IMG/VR virus record: IMGVR_UViG_2547132519_000001
Location: 1-64,000 of that record
Length of the DNA stretch: 64,000 nucleotides
Origin: a virus
Lineage: Duplodnaviria > Caudoviricetes
Strand: one strand, 5' to 3'
Part shown: piece after piece, positions 51,249 through 61,597 of the stretch
Numbering within the stretch: position 1 is the stretch's first letter
Layout: the number at the start of each line of letters is the position of its first letter
Position numbers and translations under genes: made by a program
Notes under the pieces: model-generated
Told to the model about the DNA's origin: nothing
What the model saw: only the letters and a program-made list of their open reading frames with translations
The model's database searches: none

Positions 51249-51466
51249 ATATTATCCTCCCATCTGAACGAATTCGATTTTCTGAAGACATATCTTGATT
51301 TGTAATAAATAACATTGTATAATCTCCTTTAGTTGATTAAGTTATTTGTGCGATATGTGTTCTCCATATACACACATTTCATAGTCCACTACAAGTGGAC
51401 TATTTTAAATAGTCAAAAATAAAGTAGTCCACTATTAATGGGTTTATTTTTACTACTTTGAGCTGA

Positions 51467-54214
51467 TTACATTTTTTTATTTCTGTATCTTTTAACATTA
51501 TCAGCTATTTTTCGTTTTCGATGTTTTATGTAACAATTCTCGCATCTCTCAGTATTTGTGTCTTTTATGTCTATCTCTATATATTCCCCACAATCAATAC
51601 ATTGAATAAACTTAGTTTTCTTAATCTGAATATTTTTTTCCAAATTATTTACAATGTTCTGTCCATAGCAAAACCAGAGCAGTTGCTTGTATCGTTTTTC
51701 GTGTCCATATAAATATTCCACTAACATATCTGTAATGGTATCTTCCGAATAACCTGTTTTGCAAAACCTATCCCTAATTTTGCAAGCTACATACCTTAAG
51801 TTGTCTACATACTCATCTTTCATATTTATCATATAACGATATTTTCTATTTAGTTCGTCATGTAGATTGGCAACTTCTTCACTACAAATAGTATTTACAT
51901 TACCCATTAACAAATGATAATCAATAGAACCGAGATTTAAGCCTTTTGTGTTAATAGTTTTATTGGGAATTCTATCAAAGATCTTATTAACAAAGCTCTG
52001 ATTTCTTAATTCAACCTGTTCCTTTTCTTTATCCTTAGCATACTTAAAAAAGCCAGGTAGTTTCTTTTTGGTGAATTCTTGAATCTCCTCATTTATATGT
52101 TTTGGGAATTCGGGCTTATATAGAGTTTTTGCGTAATCAATTACAAAGTTGTTTTGACAACATAGTCGTTTAACACAATCGACGGCATGTTGTTTTTCTG
52201 TTTCTGTGCCATGAATAAACACATCATCATTCCATATTTTAGAAATATTATTACTATATATGCCAATGTTGCCTCCGGTAAAGGCCGCATTGAGTCCAGA
52301 GTAAATGTTTTTGCTATTTAATTGCATGGGTTCTGCTTTACGCATATTATAGTAAAGCGGTACAACCCCATTCATATTACGTTCTGCAATTGCTATAAAG
52401 CTAGAATCTGCTACAACCAAACTTTTATCACCGTCAACATCAAACTGGAGAATTTTACTTATTAAATCGTGAACACTGGTATAAATAGCATTAGTGGTAA
52501 ACCATTCTTCAGTTTTCAATACTCGATCCCCATAACCGTCGCTCGCAACATTAAACCTTATAGCATGTTCTTTGTATAAATGTGGACTTCTTAAGCAATC
52601 CAATTTATCACTTTTTTTGAAGAGATTACAAAAAACTTCTTTGTTTGATAACAAACCATTAGGTTGCTCTATACCTTCAAACCAATATTCACATGCCGCA
52701 TAAAAATCTGGAAGTAAAAAAGTATACTTGCCAACCACCTCAAGCTTACCACTACGATATTTCTTTAAAAGACTATCTTTAACCTCACGAATCACATCTT
52801 TTGCATATGTGTCTGATAAAAGAGAAGGATATATCTTGATGGCTTTTTGAAATGGAGTCATTTTTGTGTTGTATGGAGTAACCCCCAATATATTTAACAT
52901 AGTATCTTTTGACGTACATACACTCTCTATTTTTTTAGCAGATTTTTGTACCAACGTATCTATTTCAGAATCACTTATGTTCGTTAGAGTTTGAAGCATT
53001 TGATAATTAATTTTTGCATTCTTAACTCTATCTTCTTCAACATTACAAATACCGGCTGTACAATTATATTTTTTATAAAAGGTTTTATACTCATCCCACG
53101 AATCATAATATTTTTGCATTTTAAATTGGCTTTTTGTAAAGATTACTTGTATATCTTCTTTGATTATATCGTGTTCTTTTCCATAAATATCTTTAATAGT
53201 TGAAGGGCAATGGTTAATTTCAACAAATCTTCTAAAATCAAATACCCCTAGTAAGCCTTTAACCCATGGTGCACGAAACATAAAATTCTTTTTGCTTACG
53301 CTTGGTAACATCATACCTGCACCGTCAGTATGAGGAATTGGGACATAATCTGTTTTTCTGGTAATGGAATAATCAGATTCGTCTATAAAATCAAAAGTGC
53401 CATATACATTCGTTTCAAAATCATCAATTACAATTGATTTATCAATGTCAAATTCTTCCCATAGATCTGTTGCAGAATTAGTGAGAGCCATATATGCAAG
53501 GTGTTTATTAACATTGTTTCCACCTTTGGAGTTGATTTTATCAATAGTTAATCCACACATTACAGTTTTTTCAATACGGTTCCAGATAGAATCTTTTATA
53601 AAAACTGCCTTTTTCTTACGAATCTGACCAGCCGATGAAGTAAAATACTTATATTTTTCACCTTTATATGTAAATCCATAATAAGATAGATCTTTAAATA
53701 CATCAAAATAATATACCTGTATAACCATTAGTGCATCGGTAAGCTCATCTTGCTTTATTCCAATCGTTCTGGTAAGTGCAGAATCGAAAACAGAAATCAC
53801 ATTGTTATCGGTTAAGCAATTATCCCTTATTTCTCGTATATGGTCTTTCCCATTTGTTATTTCATTTTGATAGATCTTATTAGATAGGAGAGAAAGCAAT
53901 TTTTCCTTTGATTCATTCGCTTTCTTTCTTTTATGAATTATAAGTTTATTCCATTTTACATATTCTTTTATAGTTTCCATATGTTCTGGTAATATCTCAG
54001 TTTCAACTTCTTCAGATTTGTTTGACTTTAATAATTTAATATCTTTTTTAGTATATCCATATTCGTTCAACCGTTTTTCTAAATCAGCAAGTTTATTATT
54101 TAAATAATTACGTTCTCTACGATACTTACAGTTCATATCGTGTAAATATTTCTCGTGATTACTATAAAAATGACCAGTATCGACAGAATAAATGTTACAT
54201 TGTTTATCTAGCAA
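51467..54214 (-). CDS. yonO: YonO-like single-subunit RNA polymerase
   Basis: SAGQIR, TDGAG, RAPWVKG, LRSPH and catalytic FDVDGD (DxDGD); C-terminal zinc finger; heads the late region. Confidence 0.88.
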   Translation of the reverse strand: MLDKQCNIYSVDTGHFYSNHEKYLHDMNCKYRRERNYLNNKLADLEKRLNEYGYTKKDIKLLKSNKSEEVETEILPEHMETIKEYVKWNKLIIHKRKKANESKEKLLSLLSNKIYQNEITNGKDHIREIRDNCLTDNNVISVFDSALTRTIGIKQDELTDALMVIQVYYFDVFKDLSYYGFTYKGEKYKYFTSSAGQIRKKKAVFIKDSIWNRIEKTVMCGLTIDKINSKGGNNVNKHLAYMALTNSATDLWEEFDIDKSIVIDDFETNVYGTFDFIDESDYSITRKTDYVPIPHTDGAGMMLPSVSKKNFMFRAPWVKGLLGVFDFRRFVEINHCPSTIKDIYGKEHDIIKEDIQVIFTKSQFKMQKYYDSWDEYKTFYKKYNCTAGICNVEEDRVKNAKINYQMLQTLTNISDSEIDTLVQKSAKKIESVCTSKDTMLNILGVTPYNTKMTPFQKAIKIYPSLLSDTYAKDVIREVKDSLLKKYRSGKLEVVGKYTFLLPDFYAACEYWFEGIEQPNGLLSNKEVFCNLFKKSDKLDCLRSPHLYKEHAIRFNVASDGYGDRVLKTEEWFTTNAIYTSVHDLISKILQFDVDGDKSLVVADSSFIAIAERNMNGVVPLYYNMRKAEPMQLNSKNIYSGLNAAFTGGNIGIYSNNISKIWNDDVFIHGTETEKQHAVDCVKRLCCQNNFVIDYAKTLYKPEFPKHINEEIQEFTKKKLPGFFKYAKDKEKEQVELRNQSFVNKIFDRIPNKTINTKGLNLGSIDYHLLMGNVNTICSEEVANLHDELNRKYRYMINMKDEYVDNLRYVACKIRDRFCKTGYSEDTITDMLVEYLYGHEKRYKQLLWFCYGQNIVNNLEKNIQIKKTKFIQCIDCGEYIEIDIKDTNTERCENCYIKHRKRKIADNVKRYRNKKM

Positions 54215-54226
54215 TTTTTTCCTCCA

Positions 54227-54775
54227 TTAAATACCATTGCATTCCCAAAAGTCTTCCATTGAATCATATCCACAACCAACTATGCAATCACAAAACATCT
54301 CGTAACCGCAAGCGGCATCATTTGCTTTATTTAAACATTCATCGTGATTATCGCAATGTCTGCAAGATGGAATTTTGTCACAATTTTCTTCTGCAAACTT
54401 ACAAGTAGTCCAATTTTTTATAAAATCATCTATGTCGCTTATTTCTTCGTCTTCTGATTCAGTAATCTCTAATCCCTTTTCAAAACAATTAAGCTCGTAT
54501 TCATACCTGTCTATGTATTTCTTGAAGAACCCATCAGTTAGGAGATCCGTTACATATTTTGCCATATCTCGCTTAATAGACTTCATATCAGATTCCATTA
54601 TAACGTTAGCTGCTTCTTCAATCAGGTCCCATTTCTCAACTGTATTATCGCGCAGTCGGAGAGTAGTATAATATTTTTTCTTCTCTTTATCCCACCTTGC
54701 CATAGCGATAACTGTATACCCGTTCTGTAAATCTATTGAAATTATTACGTTTGCCTCCGTTACATATCTAAGCAT
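54227..54775 (-). CDS. Hypothetical protein with Cys-rich C-terminus
   Basis: 182-aa ORF with GGAGGTG RBS. Confidence 0.75.
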   Translation of the reverse strand: MLRYVTEANVIISIDLQNGYTVIAMARWDKEKKKYYTTLRLRDNTVEKWDLIEEAANVIMESDMKSIKRDMAKYVTDLLTDGFFKKYIDRYEYELNCFEKGLEITESEDEEISDIDDFIKNWTTCKFAEENCDKIPSCRHCDNHDECLNKANDAACGYEMFCDCIVGCGYDSMEDFWECNGI

Positions 54776-54977
54776 TTATTTCACCTCCATTTTTTAGTCT
54801 ATCTCTATTTTCATAATTTTTAATACACTGTATATCAAATTTCATATCAGAAATAATCCGTCCTGCAATATCACTCATTGTTGAGAAACCTCGATACTCT
54901 GTATTAAAGCTTTCTACATTAATAACACCTCCATATGTTCTGTGATTTCTGTTTGTATATGTATTTGTTCCTGTCAT
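54768..54977 (-). CDS. Hypothetical protein
   Basis: 69-aa ORF with AAGGAG RBS. Confidence 0.65.
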   Translation of the reverse strand: MTGTNTYTNRNHRTYGGVINVESFNTEYRGFSTMSDIAGRIISDMKFDIQCIKNYENRDRLKNGGEINA

Positions 54978-55088
54978 GTAATTTGTAATTCTCCTTTTAT
55001 ATTTAGTTTTTTGTTATTGTTTCTTTCATCATTGACCGCCTTTCTGGTGATCAGTGATTGATATAACTATGATTGGTTATTCTCTGTT

Positions 55089-56045
55089 TCATGTACTTAT
55101 AAAGTCGTATTTCTCAAAAACATTTACATCTCGTATTTTTTCTAAATAATCGTCGTAACCATCTTTTTCATATAACATTTCATATTTCTTATTCTCTGAA
55201 ACTACATAGTCATATATGGTTTTAATCTCATGCTTTGAATATTTTTTGTCGTTTCCTTTTAATAATTGGACATACATTTGAGCTAGGCGACGATTATTAT
55301 TAACCGTATTGATGTTCCTTTTAACATATTTATAAGACTCTTTGTATTTTTGGCCTTGTAATACGAAACTATCTATGTATTCTCTATCGCACGGTCTACC
55401 ATACGCATTTGATAGTTGACGTATTTTTTTATCATCGGTAATCACAAAATCATTTTGCCTATTGACATAGAGGAGTCCGATGTCTTCAAGAATTTTGTTA
55501 TACTCGACTATAGATCGTTCTGATATTCCTGATATTTGTGATATGTAGTCAATCGTGAAATTTCCAACGACATGATTCTTCGATATATACGGGTCTAGCC
55601 AAACCTCAATTTTTGAGCTGATTGTACTTATGATAAATATGAAATATTTTAATAGAAGAAAGTTATTGGTATTTTCAACATGAAATATTTTACGCACTTC
55701 ATCAAAGGTGATCATTGTATACTTTGAATTTTTAAATTCAATCCAAAGTGGAGAGCAGTCTAATATGTAACACTTGTTTATTTCTCCTATTTGACTAACA
55801 ATTGATTCTTTAATTAGCTCGTCTAATCCACACCTTATAAAATTCACTTTATATTTGGTTGGCTTAACATCTTCAAACAGGTAATAGTAAATTTGTTGCG
55901 GCGTTATACAATGTTTCTTAAATGTAGGTGAGTTTAGTGCTTGCAAAGCACAATAGACTCCTATCGCATAATTGGATATAGCTGGTGAGTTAGAAATATA
56001 GTCCGGTATGAACAGATATTTATCTTTATTGTCATCTTGGTTCAA
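55089..56045 (-). CDS. Hypothetical protein with probable winged-helix segments
   Basis: TIDYISQISGISERSIVEYNKILEDIGLL HTH-like segment. Confidence 0.7.
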   Translation of the reverse strand: MNQDDNKDKYLFIPDYISNSPAISNYAIGVYCALQALNSPTFKKHCITPQQIYYYLFEDVKPTKYKVNFIRCGLDELIKESIVSQIGEINKCYILDCSPLWIEFKNSKYTMITFDEVRKIFHVENTNNFLLLKYFIFIISTISSKIEVWLDPYISKNHVVGNFTIDYISQISGISERSIVEYNKILEDIGLLYVNRQNDFVITDDKKIRQLSNAYGRPCDREYIDSFVLQGQKYKESYKYVKRNINTVNNNRRLAQMYVQLLKGNDKKYSKHEIKTIYDYVVSENKKYEMLYEKDGYDDYLEKIRDVNVFEKYDFIST

Positions 56046-56305
56046 AATGGGATAGAAACTCCTTTCTCCTTATAAAATAAGGATTTAAACTTATCAGGGT
56101 GCAAAAAACAGTCAATTTTGAAAATCTAAGTCCATAGACGTTTGAAAAAAAATTAGCCAAAAGTGACCGAAATTTGCAGTGTATTAATTAGTTACTGAAT
56201 ATTAATTAGTAAATGATTATAAGGCGTCTCTCTATTTAGATTGTTTGGAGAGTGGAATTTAGGTACATGGTTATATTCTCTGTTTAAATATTTCTTCTCT
56301 CTGTA

Positions 56306-56512
56306 TTAGATATTACTGTAATTCTGTAATCCAGTTTTAGTGGAATATACAATTGATCCATCTTTAGTGTATGTAACTCTATCAATGTGGTAATCAAAGC
56401 AATGGTCATAGAATGTGTCACCTGGCTTTGGAGTTGTGTACTTTGGTAAGTTGAGATTAGATGATTGATAATGATATTGCTGTTGTGGCAGCTCTCTAGT
56501 GTAAATCATCAA
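56306..56512 (-). CDS. Hypothetical protein
   Basis: 68-aa ORF with AAGGAGG upstream. Confidence 0.55.
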   Translation of the reverse strand: MMIYTRELPQQQYHYQSSNLNLPKYTTPKPGDTFYDHCFDYHIDRVTYTKDGSIVYSTKTGLQNYSNI

Positions 56513-57622
56513 AATGGTTGTCCTCCTTATAGATATTTTTTTGATTGAGTGTCTAATACTTAGTTCTCTTATGAAAATATAAATCTTTACAAATTTAACA
56601 AAGATACTACCGCCTTACACAATCGTTCCGATTGTTTCAGTTGCTTGGCTTCCATGCTACGCATGTCATCCAGGAATGTTGTTTCTATTGAAAAAACTAA
56701 TAATATATCTCTAGATTAATGGTGAGGCTTGTAGTGCAATATGTATTTATCTATTTAAATGTAAAAGTATGCCCCTCTGTAGTCGTAAGCTTATGTGCTT
56801 CTATAGGTAAGAATTGAAGATTTAGAATTGAATTTTAGCCAATAAAAAATAGGCATGATGATCTATGCCTACATATTAAGGAATGTTCGGTTTGTTTAAA
56901 GTGAGGATAAGGAAAAGTAGATAATCTGACAAATCGGTACTATTTAAAAATGAATTATTATTGAGCTGTATGTTACCACTTCGAGAGAGTGGTATTTTTT
57001 GTGCTGCTAAATATGGGATTCATATTGATTTACTTGAGATATGTGTAATTTGTGTAAATAGGAGATGGGTGATCAGAGATGGTGATTCAGCCAAAATTGA
57101 GCTGAATTCGGGAAAGGCTTGGATTTATAGGGGATTTCTAAGATTTGCGTGATGATATTTATAGATTTGAGAATAATATAAATTATCTGATAATTATTTT
57201 GCATTATATTATAGAGAGAATCGGGATTTTGCTCGAAGTGTGCACCGAAGTGTTTTGATGAATTGTGTGTGTAAAAAATACAATTGTAATGTAAATTTTA
57301 ACATAATGTGTGGATGGAACTGATAGGGGGATAATCGAAAATGAAAACCATTTTCAAAATGTAAACCTACCCCCTATAGCTAAAATGTGCTGTAAATTAA
57401 GGTTTAATTGGTTAATGTACAATTAACCAATTAAATTATGAATCAGCCTAGGACGTGAATGGACGTGACTGTGTCATCGTATACGTTGTGGTAACAAGTG
57501 ATAGTTGTATTGCGTACACAATTGATATGTTCGATTTTCATCAAGTAATCACTTAACGAAAATATATAATATACGATACGTTCAGTATTGATATTTATAT
57601 TACAAAACTATTCTTATTCACA

Positions 57623-57841
57623 TCAATAAAATGTCTTGTGCGTATCTCTGGTCACAATTTGTAAATCACAGTCAAGTAAATCCATCCACTCTATAAAATC
57701 AGCTAAGCTATAAGTCCCACGATTAATCTTGTTTCTAAGTGATTGTGGTTGTATATTCAACTTTGCGGCTAGACCATTAATGTCCATGTTTCTTTCCTCA
57801 AAGACTTGTTTTAATACTTTCTTTGCGTCCATAACGATCAC
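57623..57841 (-). CDS. Small HTH regulator (candidate repressor), divergent from early operon
   Basis: INGLAAKLNIQPQSLRNKINRG HTH; AAGGAG RBS. Confidence 0.75.
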   Translation of the reverse strand: MIVMDAKKVLKQVFEERNMDINGLAAKLNIQPQSLRNKINRGTYSLADFIEWMDLLDCDLQIVTRDTHKTFY

Positions 57842-57959
57842 TCCTTTTAAATATAATATTATTCTATCAGTGCGATATTGTCAAATCAATTATGATTCGT
57901 ACATACTCAAAAACATGATGAAATAAATCGCAAAAGATTTAAAATAAATCAAAAATGTG

Positions 57960-57988
57960 TTGACGGCAACTCGAAAATGAGTTATAAT
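57960..57988 (+). promoter_or_regulatory. Sigma70/SigA early promoter with internal palindromic operator candidate
   Basis: TTGACG-17-TATAAT; AACTC-N6-GAGTT at 57968-57983. Confidence 0.8.
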
Positions 57989-58055
57989 AAGATATAAGAT
58001 AAAGGTAAGGAAACAAACCAATATCTTAAATCATAGGAAAGGAGAAACCTACATA

Positions 58056-58199
58056 ATGGGTAAGGGTAACAAAAAGCTCAAACTCAAAAGCGATAAGGTT
58101 AAACTACTAATAGCATATGCAAGCGTTGTTACAGCAACGGCAAGCCTACTAAAAGTAATATTCGACTTTATCATACAGCTAATGAGTTTGAGACACTAG
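58056..58199 (+). CDS. Small basic-hydrophobic peptide (47 aa); not in ORF track
   Basis: MGKGNKKLKLKSDKVKLLIAYASVVTATASLLKVIFDFIIQLMSLRH; GAAAGGAG RBS. Confidence 0.7.
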   Translation: MGKGNKKLKLKSDKVKLLIAYASVVTATASLLKVIFDFIIQLMSLRH

Positions 58200-58258
58200 A
58201 CTCCTTTGTGGTTTGTGGGATAATTACCCACCGCCACATCTCCATTATAAAACATGAT

Positions 58259-58384
58259 ATGAAAAAAGTAAACCTAGTATTCATTGTATCGTCAATCATT
58301 TTTTTACTAATTTCACAAAGTATTGTTTCTCTCTTTCTTTTCACCATGAGCCTATCAAATTGGTTTGTGGGAAGCAAAGAGTAA
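58259..58384 (+). CDS. Small hydrophobic peptide (41 aa); not in ORF track
   Basis: MKKVNLVFIVSSIIFLLISQSIVSLFLFTMSLSNWFVGSKE; no clear RBS. Confidence 0.45.
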   Translation: MKKVNLVFIVSSIIFLLISQSIVSLFLFTMSLSNWFVGSKE

Positions 58385-59195
58385 ACAAAAAAAGGTGCGC
58401 GTCTACGAAACGCACACCTGCAAAGGAAAACACATAGATATGTGTCTCACTCCAACAAGTTGAGATTAACACATTTCTAGCATTCTGTCAATTCTGACAG
58501 AGAGTTTTCCCAAATAAATAGAGAATTACAATTTAGTAGCATCATTACCGATTGACAAAGCTACAAGCAGTCGACCGCTTATCTATAACATTTCTTAGAT
58601 AGAACCCAATTTATGAATCGTCTGGCTGATGTGGCACAGATAGGCCGAAAGGCTATAAGGAACATTGAAAATAGGATAAATCCGCAACGTATGAAATATG
58701 TACACGCTATACCTCAAAGGATAGCAGGAAGAAACCAGAAGACGTTAGGCAGGATGAAACAAACCGCTAAAAGACTATAGGCAAGACGGAAGCAACTACC
58801 TATAGAGGCAGAAACAAAGCGGTATATAAATAAATAAGCGATAATATAGAATCAAAGCCGTAAGGCTTAATTATAGAATTGCAGTCAATAGCAAATAAAA
58901 AAAGAATGTGATGTAAGCGAAAAGTAATACATTTTTATCAGTTTTACAATGCAAACGAAAATACACCATTGCAGTATATAGCAAAAGGGTTTTGATGAAG
59001 TCGGGCAAAAGTGAAAAGCTTGTACCTGATTAGCAAGTAGTAGACAGAATCAAAATAGATATGCTTTCCCTGTCTGTAATACCGTATAGAAGCAAGTTGT
59101 TTAAGTAGTACGTAAGTATGAAATAACAGCTTGCTTTCTCGTTTGTATGAATATCTGATAAAGATAATAAATTAATGTAGGAGGATATAAACAAT

Positions 59196-60089
59196 ATGAT
59201 AAAAGAAACTGATCTATTAGAAAACAAAGAGTACAGAGAAAGACTAGTCGTTAAAGTGGAAGTTTTGGAGAAGGTAAAGAAGTTGCTTCTTATTCCAGGC
59301 ACAGAATTGGCAACAGTCAGACAAGTGGCAAATTATTACGAGGTAGGAGAGGAGGCAATAAAATCATTAGTATATAGAAGTCGTGATGAATTAGAAAAAG
59401 ATGGTATTTCATCAATGACAGGCAAGGAAACCAAAGGCTTTTTAGAAAGTTGCAACTTGCAACCTTCTAACTTTCGCGGTGGGTTTGAAGCGGACGGTAT
59501 GCGTTTTAGTAACAGAGGCAACACTTTATTCCCTCGTCGAGCTATCCTTCGTATAGGTATGCTGCTTAGAGATTCAGAGATTGCAAAGGAAATCCGCACA
59601 CAGCTTCTTAATATAGAAGAAAAGGCAACACCGGAAGTCAAAACGGCAGATATTACAGAGGAGCAGACTCTTGCGCTTTCCGTTGGTATGGCCTATGCAA
59701 GCGGTGATCCTACGGCTATTATGATTGCAACCACTAAAATGATGGACTATAAAAACCGTCATATCGCCAAATTAGAAGAGTCAAAGAAGGCCCTTGCTAA
59801 TGGTATTCTGGAATGGGAAGATAGAAGCCGTATTAATTTTGCAGTCCGTAAGATGGCTATTTTTGCTAGAATCACAACGGGTCAGGCGTGGAACGAACTG
59901 TACAAACAGCTGAAAAATAAGTATCATATTGATTTACCGAGTAGAGGTAAAAAGCCCTGGGTACAACATGTAACTGAAAAAGAATGGCAATGCGTTGTCA
60001 AAGCATTCTCTGCACTATGTGAATATTATGAGTTGGAACCAAGCGAAATGTTTCACGATTTAAAAATTTTCGAGGAAGTAGAAGCTTAA
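59196..60089 (+). CDS. Antirepressor-like/DNA-binding early protein
   Basis: ATVRQVANYYEV, LFPRRAILRIGMLLRDSEIAKEIRTQLLNIEE; AGGAGG RBS. Confidence 0.75.
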   Translation: MIKETDLLENKEYRERLVVKVEVLEKVKKLLLIPGTELATVRQVANYYEVGEEAIKSLVYRSRDELEKDGISSMTGKETKGFLESCNLQPSNFRGGFEADGMRFSNRGNTLFPRRAILRIGMLLRDSEIAKEIRTQLLNIEEKATPEVKTADITEEQTLALSVGMAYASGDPTAIMIATTKMMDYKNRHIAKLEESKKALANGILEWEDRSRINFAVRKMAIFARITTGQAWNELYKQLKNKYHIDLPSRGKKPWVQHVTEKEWQCVVKAFSALCEYYELEPSEMFHDLKIFEEVEA

Positions 60090-60154
60090 AATTAGGACTT
60101 ATAGCGGTCAAATGTTATGAGTCCTTTTTGATACCATAAAATAGGGAGGTTTTC

Positions 60155-60322
60155 ATGAAAAGGAAACTATTAATTATAGCACTTGTCATAAGTGCTTTTT
60201 TATTTGGACGTTTTGGTAACATGAACACCATAGACATGAATAGAGTAACAAATATCCAAGGAGACGCAAAAGGCGCACAGATCACTCTTGTAGACGGGTC
60301 TGGCTACTATTGGGAAAGGTAG
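60155..60322 (+). CDS. Small secreted/membrane peptide (55 aa); not in ORF track
   Basis: MKRKLLIIALVISAFLFGRFG...; GGGAGG RBS. Confidence 0.7.
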   Translation: MKRKLLIIALVISAFLFGRFGNMNTIDMNRVTNIQGDAKGAQITLVDGSGYYWER

Positions 60323-60332
60323 GGGAATTACA

Positions 60333-60635
60333 ATGAGTAAAGTATATTTAGACAATGGATTATATGTGAAGACACCTAGCAATCTTATTTATAAAACCGA
60401 ATCAATCGAAATGTACGACTCCACATCATATCTCACAATCAACTTAATATTAGTTGCAGGATACAACTATATTAATACAGATGAAAATGATATTCAAGGA
60501 TATGTTTCAGCGAGCAATTTCGTTGACGGCGTTCAAGACGAAACTGTCGTTCAATACTTCATGGTGGAGAGTATGAAACAGTGTTTAATTGATAATGGAT
60601 ATGAAATACTAGACACTTTGCCAATGATTCATTAA
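60333..60635 (+). CDS. Hypothetical early protein
   Basis: 100-aa ORF with RBS. Confidence 0.7.
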   Translation: MSKVYLDNGLYVKTPSNLIYKTESIEMYDSTSYLTINLILVAGYNYINTDENDIQGYVSASNFVDGVQDETVVQYFMVESMKQCLIDNGYEILDTLPMIH

Positions 60636-60669
60636 AGATAAAATATCCATTTCATAGGGAGGTAGAAAG

Positions 60670-60840
60670 ATGAAACCAGTTGATTATTTAATTACAGATT
60701 TACAGAGAATGAAAGATAAAAGAGAAAATATCTGTAAGGAACTTGGAAACGGATATGACTGGCAGTTGGTAGAAAGCTTAATTGCTATTGAGAACAAGAT
60801 TAAGCAGACCGCAGATAGAATTGCAGAAATGATGAATTAA
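60670..60840 (+). CDS. Hypothetical early protein (56 aa); not in ORF track
   Basis: MKPVDYLITDLQRM...; GGGAGG RBS. Confidence 0.7.
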   Translation: MKPVDYLITDLQRMKDKRENICKELGNGYDWQLVESLIAIENKIKQTADRIAEMMN

Positions 60841-60887
60841 CTAAAACAGAATACAATCAATCGATTATTTTATGAGGAGAAAACAAT

Positions 60888-61271
60888 ATGCTGCAAGAAT
60901 TGAAAATTGGAAAATGTATCGTCAATTCTGATGGAGATATTATTGAACTAGAACGCGAGTTTTACGGTCAAGGAATGATTTTTAAGGATGAACACGCATT
61001 TCGATACGAAGAAAAGATCCCGTGTTATGTGCCAGAATTATCTGACACAGTGTATACAAGGGAGGATTTTCTACGAATGTGTAATAATCAAGAAGATATA
61101 GCAAATGTGTTATTTGAATCCGTTGACTGGCAACACCCGGAAACATATTTAGATGAACAGTTTAAAGAAGAAGAAATGAACATTTGTAAGACTTGCGGAA
61201 AAATATTTCTTAGTTCTGAGGTTGAGAATTGCCCATATTGTGGAATTCTGGTGGCAGAAGAAATCTCATAA
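60888..61271 (+). CDS. Hypothetical early protein with C-terminal zinc ribbon
   Basis: CKTCG...CPYCG; GAGGAG RBS. Confidence 0.75.
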   Translation: MLQELKIGKCIVNSDGDIIELEREFYGQGMIFKDEHAFRYEEKIPCYVPELSDTVYTREDFLRMCNNQEDIANVLFESVDWQHPETYLDEQFKEEEMNICKTCGKIFLSSEVENCPYCGILVAEEIS

Positions 61272-61308
61272 AATTATTCTTTCTTTTGAAAATTTGGAGG
61301 TAATCAAA

Positions 61309-61521
61309 ATGGTTAAATTAACAAGAACAGAATTAACATGGATTATTGGCGAAATAGATAAAAGTGTATCAAGTATTACAAATGACCTAAGTCGCTTTCA
61401 AAAAATGAGCACCATAGAAAAAGGCTTATTAGAACTTAAATGCGAAAATTTGACTACTATTTCAAATAAGCTACAAAAAGTGCTTAATGAAAAAGGCAAG
61501 CGAATTGCTATAGAACAGTAG
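61309..61521 (+). CDS. Hypothetical early protein (start MVKLTR)
   Basis: GGAGG RBS precedes ATG at 61309. Confidence 0.7.
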   Translation: MVKLTRTELTWIIGEIDKSVSSITNDLSRFQKMSTIEKGLLELKCENLTTISNKLQKVLNEKGKRIAIEQ

Positions 61522-61597
61522 AAAGAGGTATTTTATTACGGTATATCTCTTTTTTAATAGAAAAAGTTTAAACACTTCCAAGGCAAGAGGTGACACA

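Noticed and set aside
55075-56285. AAACAGAGAA(T)A motif at 55075-55089 and 56271-56285 (minus strand) as a phage promoter
   Set aside because: Only two good copies; too few to support a call
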